Made by a program: the position numbers and the translations under genes. Shown here in pieces: positions 45,885 through 55,206 of a stretch of 64,000 bases of DNA. Below the pieces are notes generated by a model. It made no database searches and was not told the DNA's origin. It worked only from the letters and a program-made list of their open reading frames with translations. This DNA is from Anaerolineales bacterium (GTDB lineage Bacteria; Chloroflexota; Anaerolineae; Anaerolineales; UBA11858). Positions within the stretch are counted from its first letter, which is position 1, and the number at the start of each line of letters is the position of its first letter. The stretch is taken from contig JANTFT010000001.1 of the NCBI GenBank assembly GCA_024763275.1, forward strand, positions 63,457 through 127,456, read 5' to 3'.

Positions 45885-48686
45885 ATGGGAAAGGTAAATT
45901 TCATCCTCGATGGAAAAGAAATCCAGGCGGAAAAGGGCGATACCATCCTGCAGGCTGCTCGCCGGCTTGGCATCTATATACCTGTCTTGTGCGATCATCC
46001 TGCCCTGCCCCCGGAAGGCGCCTGCCGCATCTGCCTGGTAGAGATTGAAGGACAGCGGGCGCTGCATCCCTCATGCACATATCCGGTTTCAGAGGGCATG
46101 GTTGTGGAGACCAATACCGAACGCATCCGGGCGGCCCGCAAATTCAACCTGGAACTGCTGGTCTCTGACCATCCCCTGGATTGTATGACCTGTGATGCGA
46201 CCGGCGACTGTTTGCTGCAGGACCTGGCCTATGAATACGACGTTACCGAAGACCGCTTCGAGGGAACCAAACATCACTACTCTGTGAACGATCCCAACCC
46301 CTTCATCCAGGTGGACCGCAACAAATGCATTCTCTGCCGGCGCTGCGTCCGGGCCTGCCGGGAAGTCAACGGTGTGGAAGCAATCAGTGTCTTCTACCGG
46401 GGATTCTCCGCTTATATTGGCTTTGGGGCCGACAGCTCGATGGATGACAGCCCCTGTGAATTCTGCGGGAGCTGCGTGGAGGTCTGCCCGACAGGCGCTT
46501 TGTGGCCCAAGCAGTCCCTCGGACAGGGTCGGCCCTGGCAGGTGGAGAAGGTGCGGACTACCTGCCCCTACTGCGGCGTTGGCTGCCAGCTGATCCTGGA
46601 AGTGAAAGACAACAAGATCGTCAAGGTGGATTCAGCCTGGGAGGGACCCTCCAACCACGGCTGGACCTGCGTCAAAGGGCGGTTTGGATATGATTTCACC
46701 AGCCACGCTGACCGTCTGTCCCATCCCAGGGTCCGAAAGTATCTTCTGGATGGTAAGAAAAAACCAACCGCCAGCAAACGCGACCCGGAGAAGGAAGCCA
46801 ATCCCTGGCAGTGGGTGGAAGTCGATTGGGAAACAGCCCTGGGAATTGCTGCTGACAGGATGCGTCAGATACGAGATGATCACGGCCCGGGCAGCATCGG
46901 GTTCTTGACCTCGGCGAAATGCCTGAATGAAGAGAACTACTTGATGAACAAGCTGGCCAGGCAGGTGATTGGAACCAACAGCATAGATCACTGCGCCAGG
47001 CTTTGACACTCCTCTACTGTGGCCGGTCTGGCCACCGCGTTTGGTTCAGGAGCAATGACAAATTCAATTGATGATATCGCTGATTTTGCCCAGGCGTTCT
47101 TCGTGATTGGTACCAATACCACCGAGAACCACCCTGTGATCGGGATGCGCATCCGTCAGGCAGTTCGCCAGCGGGGAGCAAAGCTGATCGTGGCTGATCC
47201 CCGCAAGATCGACCTGACGGATTTTGCGACCCTGCATCTGCGACATAAATCAGGCACGGACATAGCCCTGATCAATGGGTTAATGCATATCATCCTGGCC
47301 AATGGTTGGGAAGACAAAGATTTCATTAAGGAGCGGACGGAGGGCTTTGAGGAGTTCAAGGCCGTGGTTGAAGAATATCCACCGGAGAGAGTAGCGGAGA
47401 TCACCGGTGTGGCGGTGGAGCAGCTCCAACAAGCAGCCGAGATTCTGGCACAGGAGAAACCAGCAGCTGTCTTGTGGGCGATGGGGATCACCCAGCATAC
47501 AACCGGAGTTGCCAATGTGCTGAGCCTGGCAAATCTGCAGATGCTGCTGGGGAATATGGGAGTTCCTGGCGGGGGGGCGAATCCCCTCCGGGGACAGAAT
47601 AATGTTCAGGGGGCTTGCGACCTGGGTGGCCTGCCCAATGTATACCCGGGATACCAAAAGGTTACCAATCCGGAATTCCAGGGTAAATTCGCACAAGCGT
47701 GGGGCCTGCCTGAAGACCAGCTTTCTCTGGATGTGGGATTAACCGCAACGGAAATGATGCCATTGGCAGCGGAAGGAAAGCTGAAGGCAATCCATATCCT
47801 GGGCGAGGATCCTTTGATGAGTGAGCCGGATACGAACCATATCCGCAAGGCTATGGAAACCATCGAGCTGGTGATCCTGCAGGAAATCTTCCCTTCGGAG
47901 ACGGCCCCTTATGCCGATATTCTGCTTCCCGGAGCGAGTTTCGCGGAGAAAAGCGGCACCTTCACCAACACCGAGCGCAGGATCCAGCTGGTGCGCAAGG
48001 CGATCGAGTCACCGGGGGAGGCTAAACCTGATTGGTGGATCATCTCCGAACTGGCTAAAAAGATTTTGGCCAGCGGTGAACGCCAGGTCAAGGGGGCGGA
48101 GTTCAGCGCATGGGATTATCATGATACCGGTGAGATCATGGATGAGATCGCTGCCCTGACGCCAATCTATGCGGGAGTGAGCTACCAGCGCCTGCTGAAT
48201 GGAGAGACCTTACAGTGGCCTGTGAAGGATCAGGATCATCCGGGGACACCAATTCTGCATGTCGGCCAGTTCTCACGGGGTAAAGGTCGATTCAGTCCCG
48301 TCGAGCATATCCCTCCTGCGGAGGTTCCTGACAAGGAATATCCCCTGCTGCTCAGCACCGGACGGGTGCTGTATCACTGGCACGGAGGGCAGATGACCCG
48401 CCGCTCCCAGGGTCTGCTGAAGATTTATCCTCAGCCGCTGATCGAGGTAAGCGATCTGGACGCCGAAAAGATAGGCTTGAATGGCAGCAAACGGGTCCGG
48501 GTTTCTTCGCGCAGGGGCTCCATAGAGGCTGAAGCCCTGGTCACCGACCGGGTGCCGCCAGGTATGGTCTACGCCAACTTCCATTTTCCGGGAGCTGGCG
48601 CAAATGAGCTGACCATAGCGGCGCTGGATCCAGTGGCTAAGATCCCGGAATATAAGGTTTGTGCAGTCAAGATAGAAGCTGTTTGA
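45885..48686 (+). CDS. fdhA: formate dehydrogenase catalytic subunit (Mo/W-bisPGD) fused to a NuoG-like Fe-S N-terminus; in-frame TGA 47004-47006 read as selenocysteine
   Basis: Track ORFs 45885..47006 and 47019..48686 are in the same frame. Read-through gives ...[28 protein letters not shown]. N-terminal 2Fe-2S and 4Fe-4S motifs; CPYCGVGC cluster. Confidence 0.85.
47019..47035 (+). other. SECIS-like hairpin
   Basis: GUGGCC-GGUCU-GGCCAC begins 12 nt after the UGA. The apical GGUC resembles the E. coli fdhF SECIS loop as I recall it. Confidence 0.6.
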
Positions 48687-48706
48687 TGACAAAAAGTCAG
48701 AATTGA

Positions 48707-48752
48707 GCAGACAAAAGGCAACTAATATCTAGTTAAGTGGTCTTTTGTCTGC
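48707..48752 (+). terminator. 11-bp perfect hairpin after fdhA (terminator/processing candidate, no clear T-tract)
   Basis: gcagacaaaag ... cttttgtctgc, with an inner aacta/tagtt stem. Sits in a 219-nt AT-rich spacer. Confidence 0.4.
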
Positions 48753-48904
48753 GTACTTCTTGTCATAAGACCATCAAGGTTTTATCATAATAGCTGTGAT
48801 ATATCTTTTCTACAGCAAAACCATGGATTGATAGAGCCAGTCTTATTTACAGGTCTATTAGGCAACTTCAGAGAAAGTTTAACTAAACAAGTGACCAGAA
48901 AAAG

Positions 48905-49378
48905 ATGGCAGACAGCGATCGGCTGGAAAATTCCCCAATAATTGCTAATCCACAAAAACAGACAAAACTTCTGGCTGCGCTGTACCTGGCCCAGGAAGAG
49001 TATGGTTGGCTCAACCCGGAAGCCATTGAGCATGTAGCCGATCGCTTAGGGCTTTCCCCGGGACAGGTCCGATCAACAGCCAGTTTTTATTCGATGTTCA
49101 ACCTGGAACCCCAGGGAGAATACCGGATCCAGGTTTGTGAAGGTTTGTCCTGTTATCTGGCGGGCGGGGCGGAAACGATAATTGATTATCTTGCCCATTT
49201 GCTGAATATCCAACCCGGGGAGACGACGGCTGATGGGAAGTTTTCATTGGAAGTCGTGCAGTGCATTGCCGCTTGCGGATCTGCCCCGGCAATGAGAGTG
49301 AATGATGAGCTATATGAAAATTTGACCCTGGAAAGGATAGCGTTGATAATCCGCGAACTGGAGGGAGGGAGCCCTTGA
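48905..49378 (+). CDS. NuoE-like [2Fe-2S] subunit, second copy
   Basis: Cys pattern VCEGLSCYL...CIAACGSAP. 157 aa. Confidence 0.8.
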   Translation: MADSDRLENSPIIANPQKQTKLLAALYLAQEEYGWLNPEAIEHVADRLGLSPGQVRSTASFYSMFNLEPQGEYRIQVCEGLSCYLAGGAETIIDYLAHLLNIQPGETTADGKFSLEVVQCIAACGSAPAMRVNDELYENLTLERIALIIRELEGGSP

Positions 49379-50682
49379 GCAAAAAGAATCCAGCCTCTTC
49401 ACACTCGCAGGACTTTCAACCAGTTCTGACCCGGAATATAAATCGTCCAGGGTCTGAACGTATCTCTACTTATCTGGAGCATGGTGGTTACCAGGCATTT
49501 CGTAAAGCATTGGGGATGCCCCCCCTGGAGATTATTGAGCAGGTGAAGCAATCAGGCTTGCGGGGAAGGGGTGGAGCGGGGTTTCCAACGGGAACAAAGT
49601 GGAGCTTTATGCCCCGGGAGAGTGACCTCCCGAAAATAGTAGCAGTCAACACCGATGAGGGGGAACCGGGAACTTTCAAGGATCGAGAAATAGTAGAACA
49701 GGATCCCCACCAGGTGATCGAAGGAGTGCTGATCGCGGCCTATGCTATAGGCGCGAGCCGGGCGTACGTATATATCCGGGGGGAATTTTTCCTGGGTGTG
49801 AAGCGCTGGATAAAAGCTATCGCGGATGCTTATGAAGCCGGTTTTTTGGGGAAGGATATCCTGGGGTCTGGTTTTAACCTGGATATGTCTGTCCACCGGG
49901 GGGCGGGCGCCTATATTTGCGGGGAAGAGACCGCGATGCTGGAATCGCTGGAAGGCAAAAGGGGAGAACCCCGCCAAAAGCCACCTTATCCAGCCAGTGT
50001 GGGCCTGTTCGGTTTACCCACCTTGGTACAGAATATTGAAACTCTGGCCTGTATTCCCCATATTATCCAGCGTGGTCCAAGCTGGTTTGCGGGCATCGGC
50101 ACTGCGGAGAGTAAAGGCCCCAAGATTTTTTCGATCAGCGGTCACGTCAATCGTCCTGGAAATTATGAACTGCCCTTGGGTATTTCCCTGTCTGACATTA
50201 TTTTCGGGTATGCTGGCGGCATTCCTGGAGGAAGGCACCTGAAGGCTGTGATTCCTGGTGGGGCTTCGACCCCGTTCCTGCGGGGAGATCAGGTGAATGT
50301 TCCCATGTCTTTTGAGGGCCTGGCAGAAGCAGGTTCCGCTTTGGGAACAGGGGGGATCATCGTGATGGATGAATCCACCTGCATCGTAGAAGCAGTTCGC
50401 AGACTGAGCAAGTTCTTTGCCCATGAATCCTGCGGGCATTGTACTCCCTGCCGGATCGGATCCTGGCGGATATATGAAATCCTGGAGAGAGTTGAAAAAG
50501 GTGAGGGGCATTCAGGAGACATTGATCTTCTGCTTGATCTGGTGGACGGGATTGACGGACATACTTACTGTCCCATGGGATCCGCGCTGGTCAATCCGGT
50601 GCGTTCGGCAATTCAGCACTTTCGGCCAGAGTTCGAATATCACCTCACCCACAAATCATGTCTGGTGAATGGTGTTAAATAA
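49375..50682 (+). CDS. NuoF-like NAD(H)/FMN/[4Fe-4S] subunit, second copy (classical length)
   Basis: GLRGRGGAGFPTGTKW and ESCGHCTPCR. TTG start overlaps the upstream stop (cTTGAgc), behind GGAGGGAGGGAG. Confidence 0.85.
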   Translation: MSKKNPASSHSQDFQPVLTRNINRPGSERISTYLEHGGYQAFRKALGMPPLEIIEQVKQSGLRGRGGAGFPTGTKWSFMPRESDLPKIVAVNTDEGEPGTFKDREIVEQDPHQVIEGVLIAAYAIGASRAYVYIRGEFFLGVKRWIKAIADAYEAGFLGKDILGSGFNLDMSVHRGAGAYICGEETAMLESLEGKRGEPRQKPPYPASVGLFGLPTLVQNIETLACIPHIIQRGPSWFAGIGTAESKGPKIFSISGHVNRPGNYELPLGISLSDIIFGYAGGIPGGRHLKAVIPGGASTPFLRGDQVNVPMSFEGLAEAGSALGTGGIIVMDESTCIVEAVRRLSKFFAHESCGHCTPCRIGSWRIYEILERVEKGEGHSGDIDLLLDLVDGIDGHTYCPMGSALVNPVRSAIQHFRPEFEYHLTHKSCLVNGVK

Positions 50683-50697
50683 GAATAGGAGTGAATT

Positions 50698-51072
50698 ATG
50701 TCAAAAATCCTGATAATTGACGATGATCCCGATTTTGTAAATGCCACCCGCATTGTATTAGAACATGAAGGATACCAGGTGGAGAACGCGGATGGAGGTA
50801 AAGCGGGTTACCAGAAAGTCCTGGAACAGAAACCCGATCTTGTGATCCTTGATGTGATTATGGATTCTGTCCTGGACGGCGTCACCTTATCCAGGAAGTT
50901 ATTTGATAATCCAGAGACAAATAAGATTCCAATAATTATGGTGACTTCCATTGCCAATACTGACTACGCAGAACTTTTCCCCACTGATGAGTACATCCAT
51001 ATCGATGCTTTCTTAAGCAAACCGATTGATCCTGAAAACCTGATCAAGAAAATAAGGAAAAGCCTTTCGTAA
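50698..51072 (+). CDS. single-domain response regulator (CheY-like)
   Basis: ILIIDDD, phospho-acceptor context LVILDVIM, and SKP. AGGAG SD. Begins 15 nt after the nuoF-like stop. Confidence 0.85.
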   Translation: MSKILIIDDDPDFVNATRIVLEHEGYQVENADGGKAGYQKVLEQKPDLVILDVIMDSVLDGVTLSRKLFDNPETNKIPIIMVTSIANTDYAELFPTDEYIHIDAFLSKPIDPENLIKKIRKSLS

Positions 51073-51136
51073 GGTCATTTCTTTCTGCGCGGTTTGATAG
51101 GATCATAAGTGGTAATTCCTGAGGAATGTTTCTCTG

Positions 51137-53146
51137 ATGAAAAGGGCCTTAAATTATATTAGAAACCTTTATAGTGGTCCAGTTCAGGCCGTGATGGTAT
51201 TTTCCTTCACCCTGGTAGTTGCGGTCACTATTGGCATTAGCACCTGGGTGATTTCTAATATGATCACCTCTTACCTGGCCGAAGCGATGAATGAACGGAT
51301 CGACCAGGACTTCCTTACCGCCGAGTTATTCTACCAATTCCGGCTGGATGATATTGCCAGAACAGCGAACCAGCTGGCCCTTTCCAATACCGTTAACGAC
51401 TCCTTTTTTGAAGCGAGAGACGGGAATCCTTTAGCGATCAGTACTTTAGAGAGCAAAATTGAAAAAGCGATTCATGATTGCACCATGAAGGGAAACCGGG
51501 TTGCTGTGATCCTGGATAACCAGGGTAACCTTGTTGCAGGAGTCCTGCGTTCGACAGATCAGCAGCTAACTCATCTTCAAGCTGGGGGGAAATGGTCCGG
51601 TTTATCCAGTGTTGATGATGTGCTGCGGGAAGGAAAGTTGATTTCGTCTACAGAGGTGATTCCCGAGGAAATCCTCACTGTTGTCGGCCTTGCTGATCAG
51701 GCTCGTATAGAATTGTTGGATACGCCGAAAGCGGCCCAGGTGCCGTTCGATCCCCGGGAGGGATCTGCCGGATTGGGAATTGTGGGAGCCGCCCCTATCC
51801 AGCAGAATGGCCGGACGGTAGGCGTTGTGGTGGTTTTTCATCTGCTTAACAATGATTTTTCTCTGGTTGATGCCATCAAAGACAATACGCAAATTGATAC
51901 AGCAACGATTTTCTTCGGTGATCTGAAAGTCTCCACAAACGTGATGACCGAGCAGGGGAAGCGGGCTGTCGGAACCCGGGTCTCTCAGGATGTGAATGAG
52001 ACAGTGCTCCAGAATGGATCGGAATACGTCGGCACAGCATTTGTAGTCAATGAATATTACATCACGCGTTATGAACCGCTCCTGGATCACCAGGGTCAGA
52101 TTGTTGGGATTCTCTATGTTGGCTCCCGCCAGAAAACCTTCCTGGATTTTCTGAGCTCATTCCGGAAGAAGACTTTGCTCGTGGCCGGGATCACTGTTCT
52201 GATGACTTTTCTGATAGCCACACCGATTTCCCGGAAGATCACCAAACCACTGCTGGAACTGCGCACTCTCTCCTGGGTCAGCCAGCAGGTAGCAAAAGGT
52301 AATTTACAGGCCCGGGCCCCTTGTTGTGGAGGAGGAGATGTTGGACTGCTCGCCGACTCCTTCAATGAGATGCTTGACCGGCTGCAGGAAACTCAAAAAC
52401 AACTGGTGGAATCTGAAAAACTGGCTTCTCTGGGACAGCTGGCAGCAGGTGTTGCCCATGAATTGAACAATCCGCTTACAACCGTGCTTTTGTTCGCTGA
52501 AGTATTGCTCAGGGATAATCAGGCAAATGACCAATCTCAAACCGATATTAAGACTATTATTCGTGAAACAGAACGGTGCAAAACCATTGTCGGATCCCTG
52601 CTTGATTTTGCCCGCCAGCATCAGGTGGATGCTTCTGAATTCGACTTTAACCAGCTTATCATACGGATTATCGACCTGGAGAAAATGCATCACCGCTATG
52701 CTCATGTAGACATTGAGATGGACTTGGACCCTCATTTGCCCCAGATCCAGGCGGATGAGGTTCAGCTTCAAGCAGTGATCAGGAATTTGATGATAAATGC
52801 TTCCGATGCTATGCCAGAGGGAGGAAAGCTGACCTTGCGAACGCGGGTGAAAAATGATGACCAGATTATCTTTGAGGTGGAGGATAATGGGGAGGGAATC
52901 ACTCCTGAGAACCAAGCCAAGCTTTTCACCCCCTTCTTTTCCACAAAACAACCTGGAAAGGGTATTGGATTAGGATTGTCAATTGTATATGGGATTGTAA
53001 AAATGCACCGGGGCCAGATCAGCGTCCAGAGTAAATCAGGGGAAGGGACCACCTTTACCATCCAGCTTCCTGTCAGGCAGCCAGAAACAAATCTCCCTGG
53101 TGGTCAAGATGGTAAAGTGAACAGCGCTGGAACCCTGATTGGATGA
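51137..53146 (+). CDS. sensor histidine kinase (periplasmic Cache-like domain, HAMP, HisKA, HATPase)
   Basis: Two TM helices flank a roughly 300-aa extracytoplasmic domain. H-box GVAHELNNPL, N-box NLMINASDA, G-boxes DNGEGI and GIGLGLS. Confidence 0.85.
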   Translation: MKRALNYIRNLYSGPVQAVMVFSFTLVVAVTIGISTWVISNMITSYLAEAMNERIDQDFLTAELFYQFRLDDIARTANQLALSNTVNDSFFEARDGNPLAISTLESKIEKAIHDCTMKGNRVAVILDNQGNLVAGVLRSTDQQLTHLQAGGKWSGLSSVDDVLREGKLISSTEVIPEEILTVVGLADQARIELLDTPKAAQVPFDPREGSAGLGIVGAAPIQQNGRTVGVVVVFHLLNNDFSLVDAIKDNTQIDTATIFFGDLKVSTNVMTEQGKRAVGTRVSQDVNETVLQNGSEYVGTAFVVNEYYITRYEPLLDHQGQIVGILYVGSRQKTFLDFLSSFRKKTLLVAGITVLMTFLIATPISRKITKPLLELRTLSWVSQQVAKGNLQARAPCCGGGDVGLLADSFNEMLDRLQETQKQLVESEKLASLGQLAAGVAHELNNPLTTVLLFAEVLLRDNQANDQSQTDIKTIIRETERCKTIVGSLLDFARQHQVDASEFDFNQLIIRIIDLEKMHHRYAHVDIEMDLDPHLPQIQADEVQLQAVIRNLMINASDAMPEGGKLTLRTRVKNDDQIIFEVEDNGEGITPENQAKLFTPFFSTKQPGKGIGLGLSIVYGIVKMHRGQISVQSKSGEGTTFTIQLPVRQPETNLPGGQDGKVNSAGTLIG

Positions 53147-53163
53147 TCGAGTTGTTATGGTAA

Positions 53164-54309
53164 TTGACCGTGAGTGAAAACAAACAGATTTTAGTCATTG
53201 ATGATGAAATCGGGATTTGTGAAGGGGTTCAACGCGCCCTGGAACCAGAAGGCTTCCAGGTTGCGATAGCCCTGGATGGAGAATCGGGGCTGGAACTCAT
53301 CAAGGGAAATGGTTATGACCTGGTCTTGCTTGATGTCAAAATGCCTCAAATCTCTGGTTTAGACCTGATTGGCATGATTCATGAAATTGACCCGGAAATA
53401 ATCTGTATAGTTATCACTGGATATGCAACTGTTGAAATGGCAGTGTCAGCGATCAAGATGGGGGCTTATGATTTCCTCACCAAGCCGTTTTCTGTGGACG
53501 TTCTCTTACTGGCGATCAATCAGGGTTTGGAGCGCAGAAAGCTCTCGATAGAGGCTAAGCGGGCTGCTCAGGTGGAAGCAGAAATGCAAAAGATGGCTGA
53601 GGAGAAAGCCCGCCTAGAAAAACTTGATCAGGCAAAAAAGCAATTCATCCGCCTGGTCACTCACGAACTGAAATCCCCCGTATCCGCGGTTGAAACCTAC
53701 CTTAAGCTTATCTTGCAAGGCTATGTGGACCCTGCAGATCAGGATGATATTTTAAAGCAGTGTTTACTGCGTGCGGAGGAAGAGTTAAAACTGATCGACG
53801 ACCTGCTGGAACTGGGGCATCTGGATGTTGTTGGTTCCTCTGCCTCTGTGCCTGTCCATCTGGGAGCTGTCTTGGAACAGGTGCTTGATGAGTTTCAGAG
53901 TGACATCACCCGAAAAGAGCTTCAATTGACAGTAAGTGTAGATGAGGAGATCCCTGAACTTGAAGCGGATCCGGAGCGGATCAAAAGTGTTTGGCGCAAT
54001 CTGATCAGCAATGCGATAAAATATACCCCGGGAAAAGGAAAAATAACTGTTGGGCTTCAAGTCCAGGATGGCAAACTCATTGGACGGGTTCAAGATAGCG
54101 GGATTGGGATTTCTCGAGCTGACCAGAAAAATCTGTTCAAGGAGTTTTTCAGGGCTTCAAACGCTAAAAAAGCCAGTCTGCCTGGAACAGGATTGGGATT
54201 GGTGCTGGTAAAAAAGATTGTGGAGGACCTGGGAGGAACTATCTCTGTAGATTCCAGGTTGGGGGAGGGAAGCACGTTTAAATTCATAATTCCCCTCAAC
54301 AGTGAATAA
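53164..54309 (+). CDS. hybrid response-regulator/histidine kinase (REC-HisKA-HATPase)
   Basis: N-terminal receiver (ILVIDDE, LVLLDVKMP, TKPF), then H-box THELKSPV and G-boxes DSGIGI and GTGLGL. Confidence 0.85.
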   Translation: MTVSENKQILVIDDEIGICEGVQRALEPEGFQVAIALDGESGLELIKGNGYDLVLLDVKMPQISGLDLIGMIHEIDPEIICIVITGYATVEMAVSAIKMGAYDFLTKPFSVDVLLLAINQGLERRKLSIEAKRAAQVEAEMQKMAEEKARLEKLDQAKKQFIRLVTHELKSPVSAVETYLKLILQGYVDPADQDDILKQCLLRAEEELKLIDDLLELGHLDVVGSSASVPVHLGAVLEQVLDEFQSDITRKELQLTVSVDEEIPELEADPERIKSVWRNLISNAIKYTPGKGKITVGLQVQDGKLIGRVQDSGIGISRADQKNLFKEFFRASNAKKASLPGTGLGLVLVKKIVEDLGGTISVDSRLGEGSTFKFIIPLNSE

Positions 54310-54417
54310 CCCGGGTGCTGCATCGCTCCTGGCATTTGAAAGATTACCAAATCTTCTCTGTTTATAGCAGAAGATCGCCTTGCTTGAATTCCCCCAATAT
54401 TAATTGGGGTTCACCCT

Positions 54418-55002
54418 ATGGCAAACAGAAAACCACCTTCGAAAGGCCTGGGTAAAGTCAACCCGGATGATTATTTCAATTATGAGGACCAGTTTCTGGA
54501 AAGAGGGGGAGGGGGGAAGGGTTCTGGTGGGAAAGGGCCCAAGACTCTCCAGGACCTGAGAAGGCAGGAACGCCAAGCGGCCCGGGACCAGCGTCAGTCA
54601 GAGCTCGAAGCTGCCCTGCGCACCGTGCTGACTGGTTTTCTGGATTACGCCACCCGGGAGAATGCGGAGCGATTCCTCGCCAGCTATGTCAGCTGGGTGG
54701 AGAGCAATCTCGATCAGCTGGCTCCCCTTGATCCTGGCCAGATCGAGATCAAGTTCAGTAAATCCGGTGGACCTGGAGGGCAGAACGTCAATAAACGGGA
54801 GACCAGGGTCGCCCTGCTGCACAAACCCACCCGGATCGGGGTGGTCAATGATCAGACCCGCAGCCAATCAGAAAACCGCCAGCGAGCCCTTGCGCAGCTG
54901 CGGCAGCGCCTGGAAGACCACCTGCGGGATTGGAAACTGTATTTAGGGGCAAGGCAGATTGATGTCCAGCTGGTGCAGGAGCTTCTGGAAAGAGAAAGTT
55001 AA
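54418..55002 (+). CDS. GGQ (RF-1/peptidyl-tRNA hydrolase) domain protein with Gly/Lys-rich N-terminal extension
   Basis: SGGPGGQNVNKRETRVALLHKPT...SQSENRQ matches the class-I release-factor GGQ domain. No codon-recognition domains. 194 aa. Confidence 0.65.
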   Translation: MANRKPPSKGLGKVNPDDYFNYEDQFLERGGGGKGSGGKGPKTLQDLRRQERQAARDQRQSELEAALRTVLTGFLDYATRENAERFLASYVSWVESNLDQLAPLDPGQIEIKFSKSGGPGGQNVNKRETRVALLHKPTRIGVVNDQTRSQSENRQRALAQLRQRLEDHLRDWKLYLGARQIDVQLVQELLERES

Positions 55003-55130
55003 GTAATGTTTTAGCAATTGATCTGCCCGGGTGGCTTGATTCCAACTACAAGCTGGGGTCTCTGCGGGTCCGACCCGATTGCCAGGGGTAGAATCCGGGG
55101 GCTGCTTTTTCGGAAACAGGGTTTCTCCGC

Positions 55131-55181
55131 TGGAATAATAAAAGGGCTCAAGCAAGATTTAGGGACATGCTTGAGCCCTTT
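55131..55181 (-). terminator. intrinsic terminator downstream of secF
   Basis: Minus strand: 14-bp stem aaagggctcaagca / tgcttgagcccttt, followed by TTTTATTATT. Confidence 0.75.
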
Positions 55182-55206
55182 ACGGTTTCCTGGCAATGCT
55201 TCCTGA

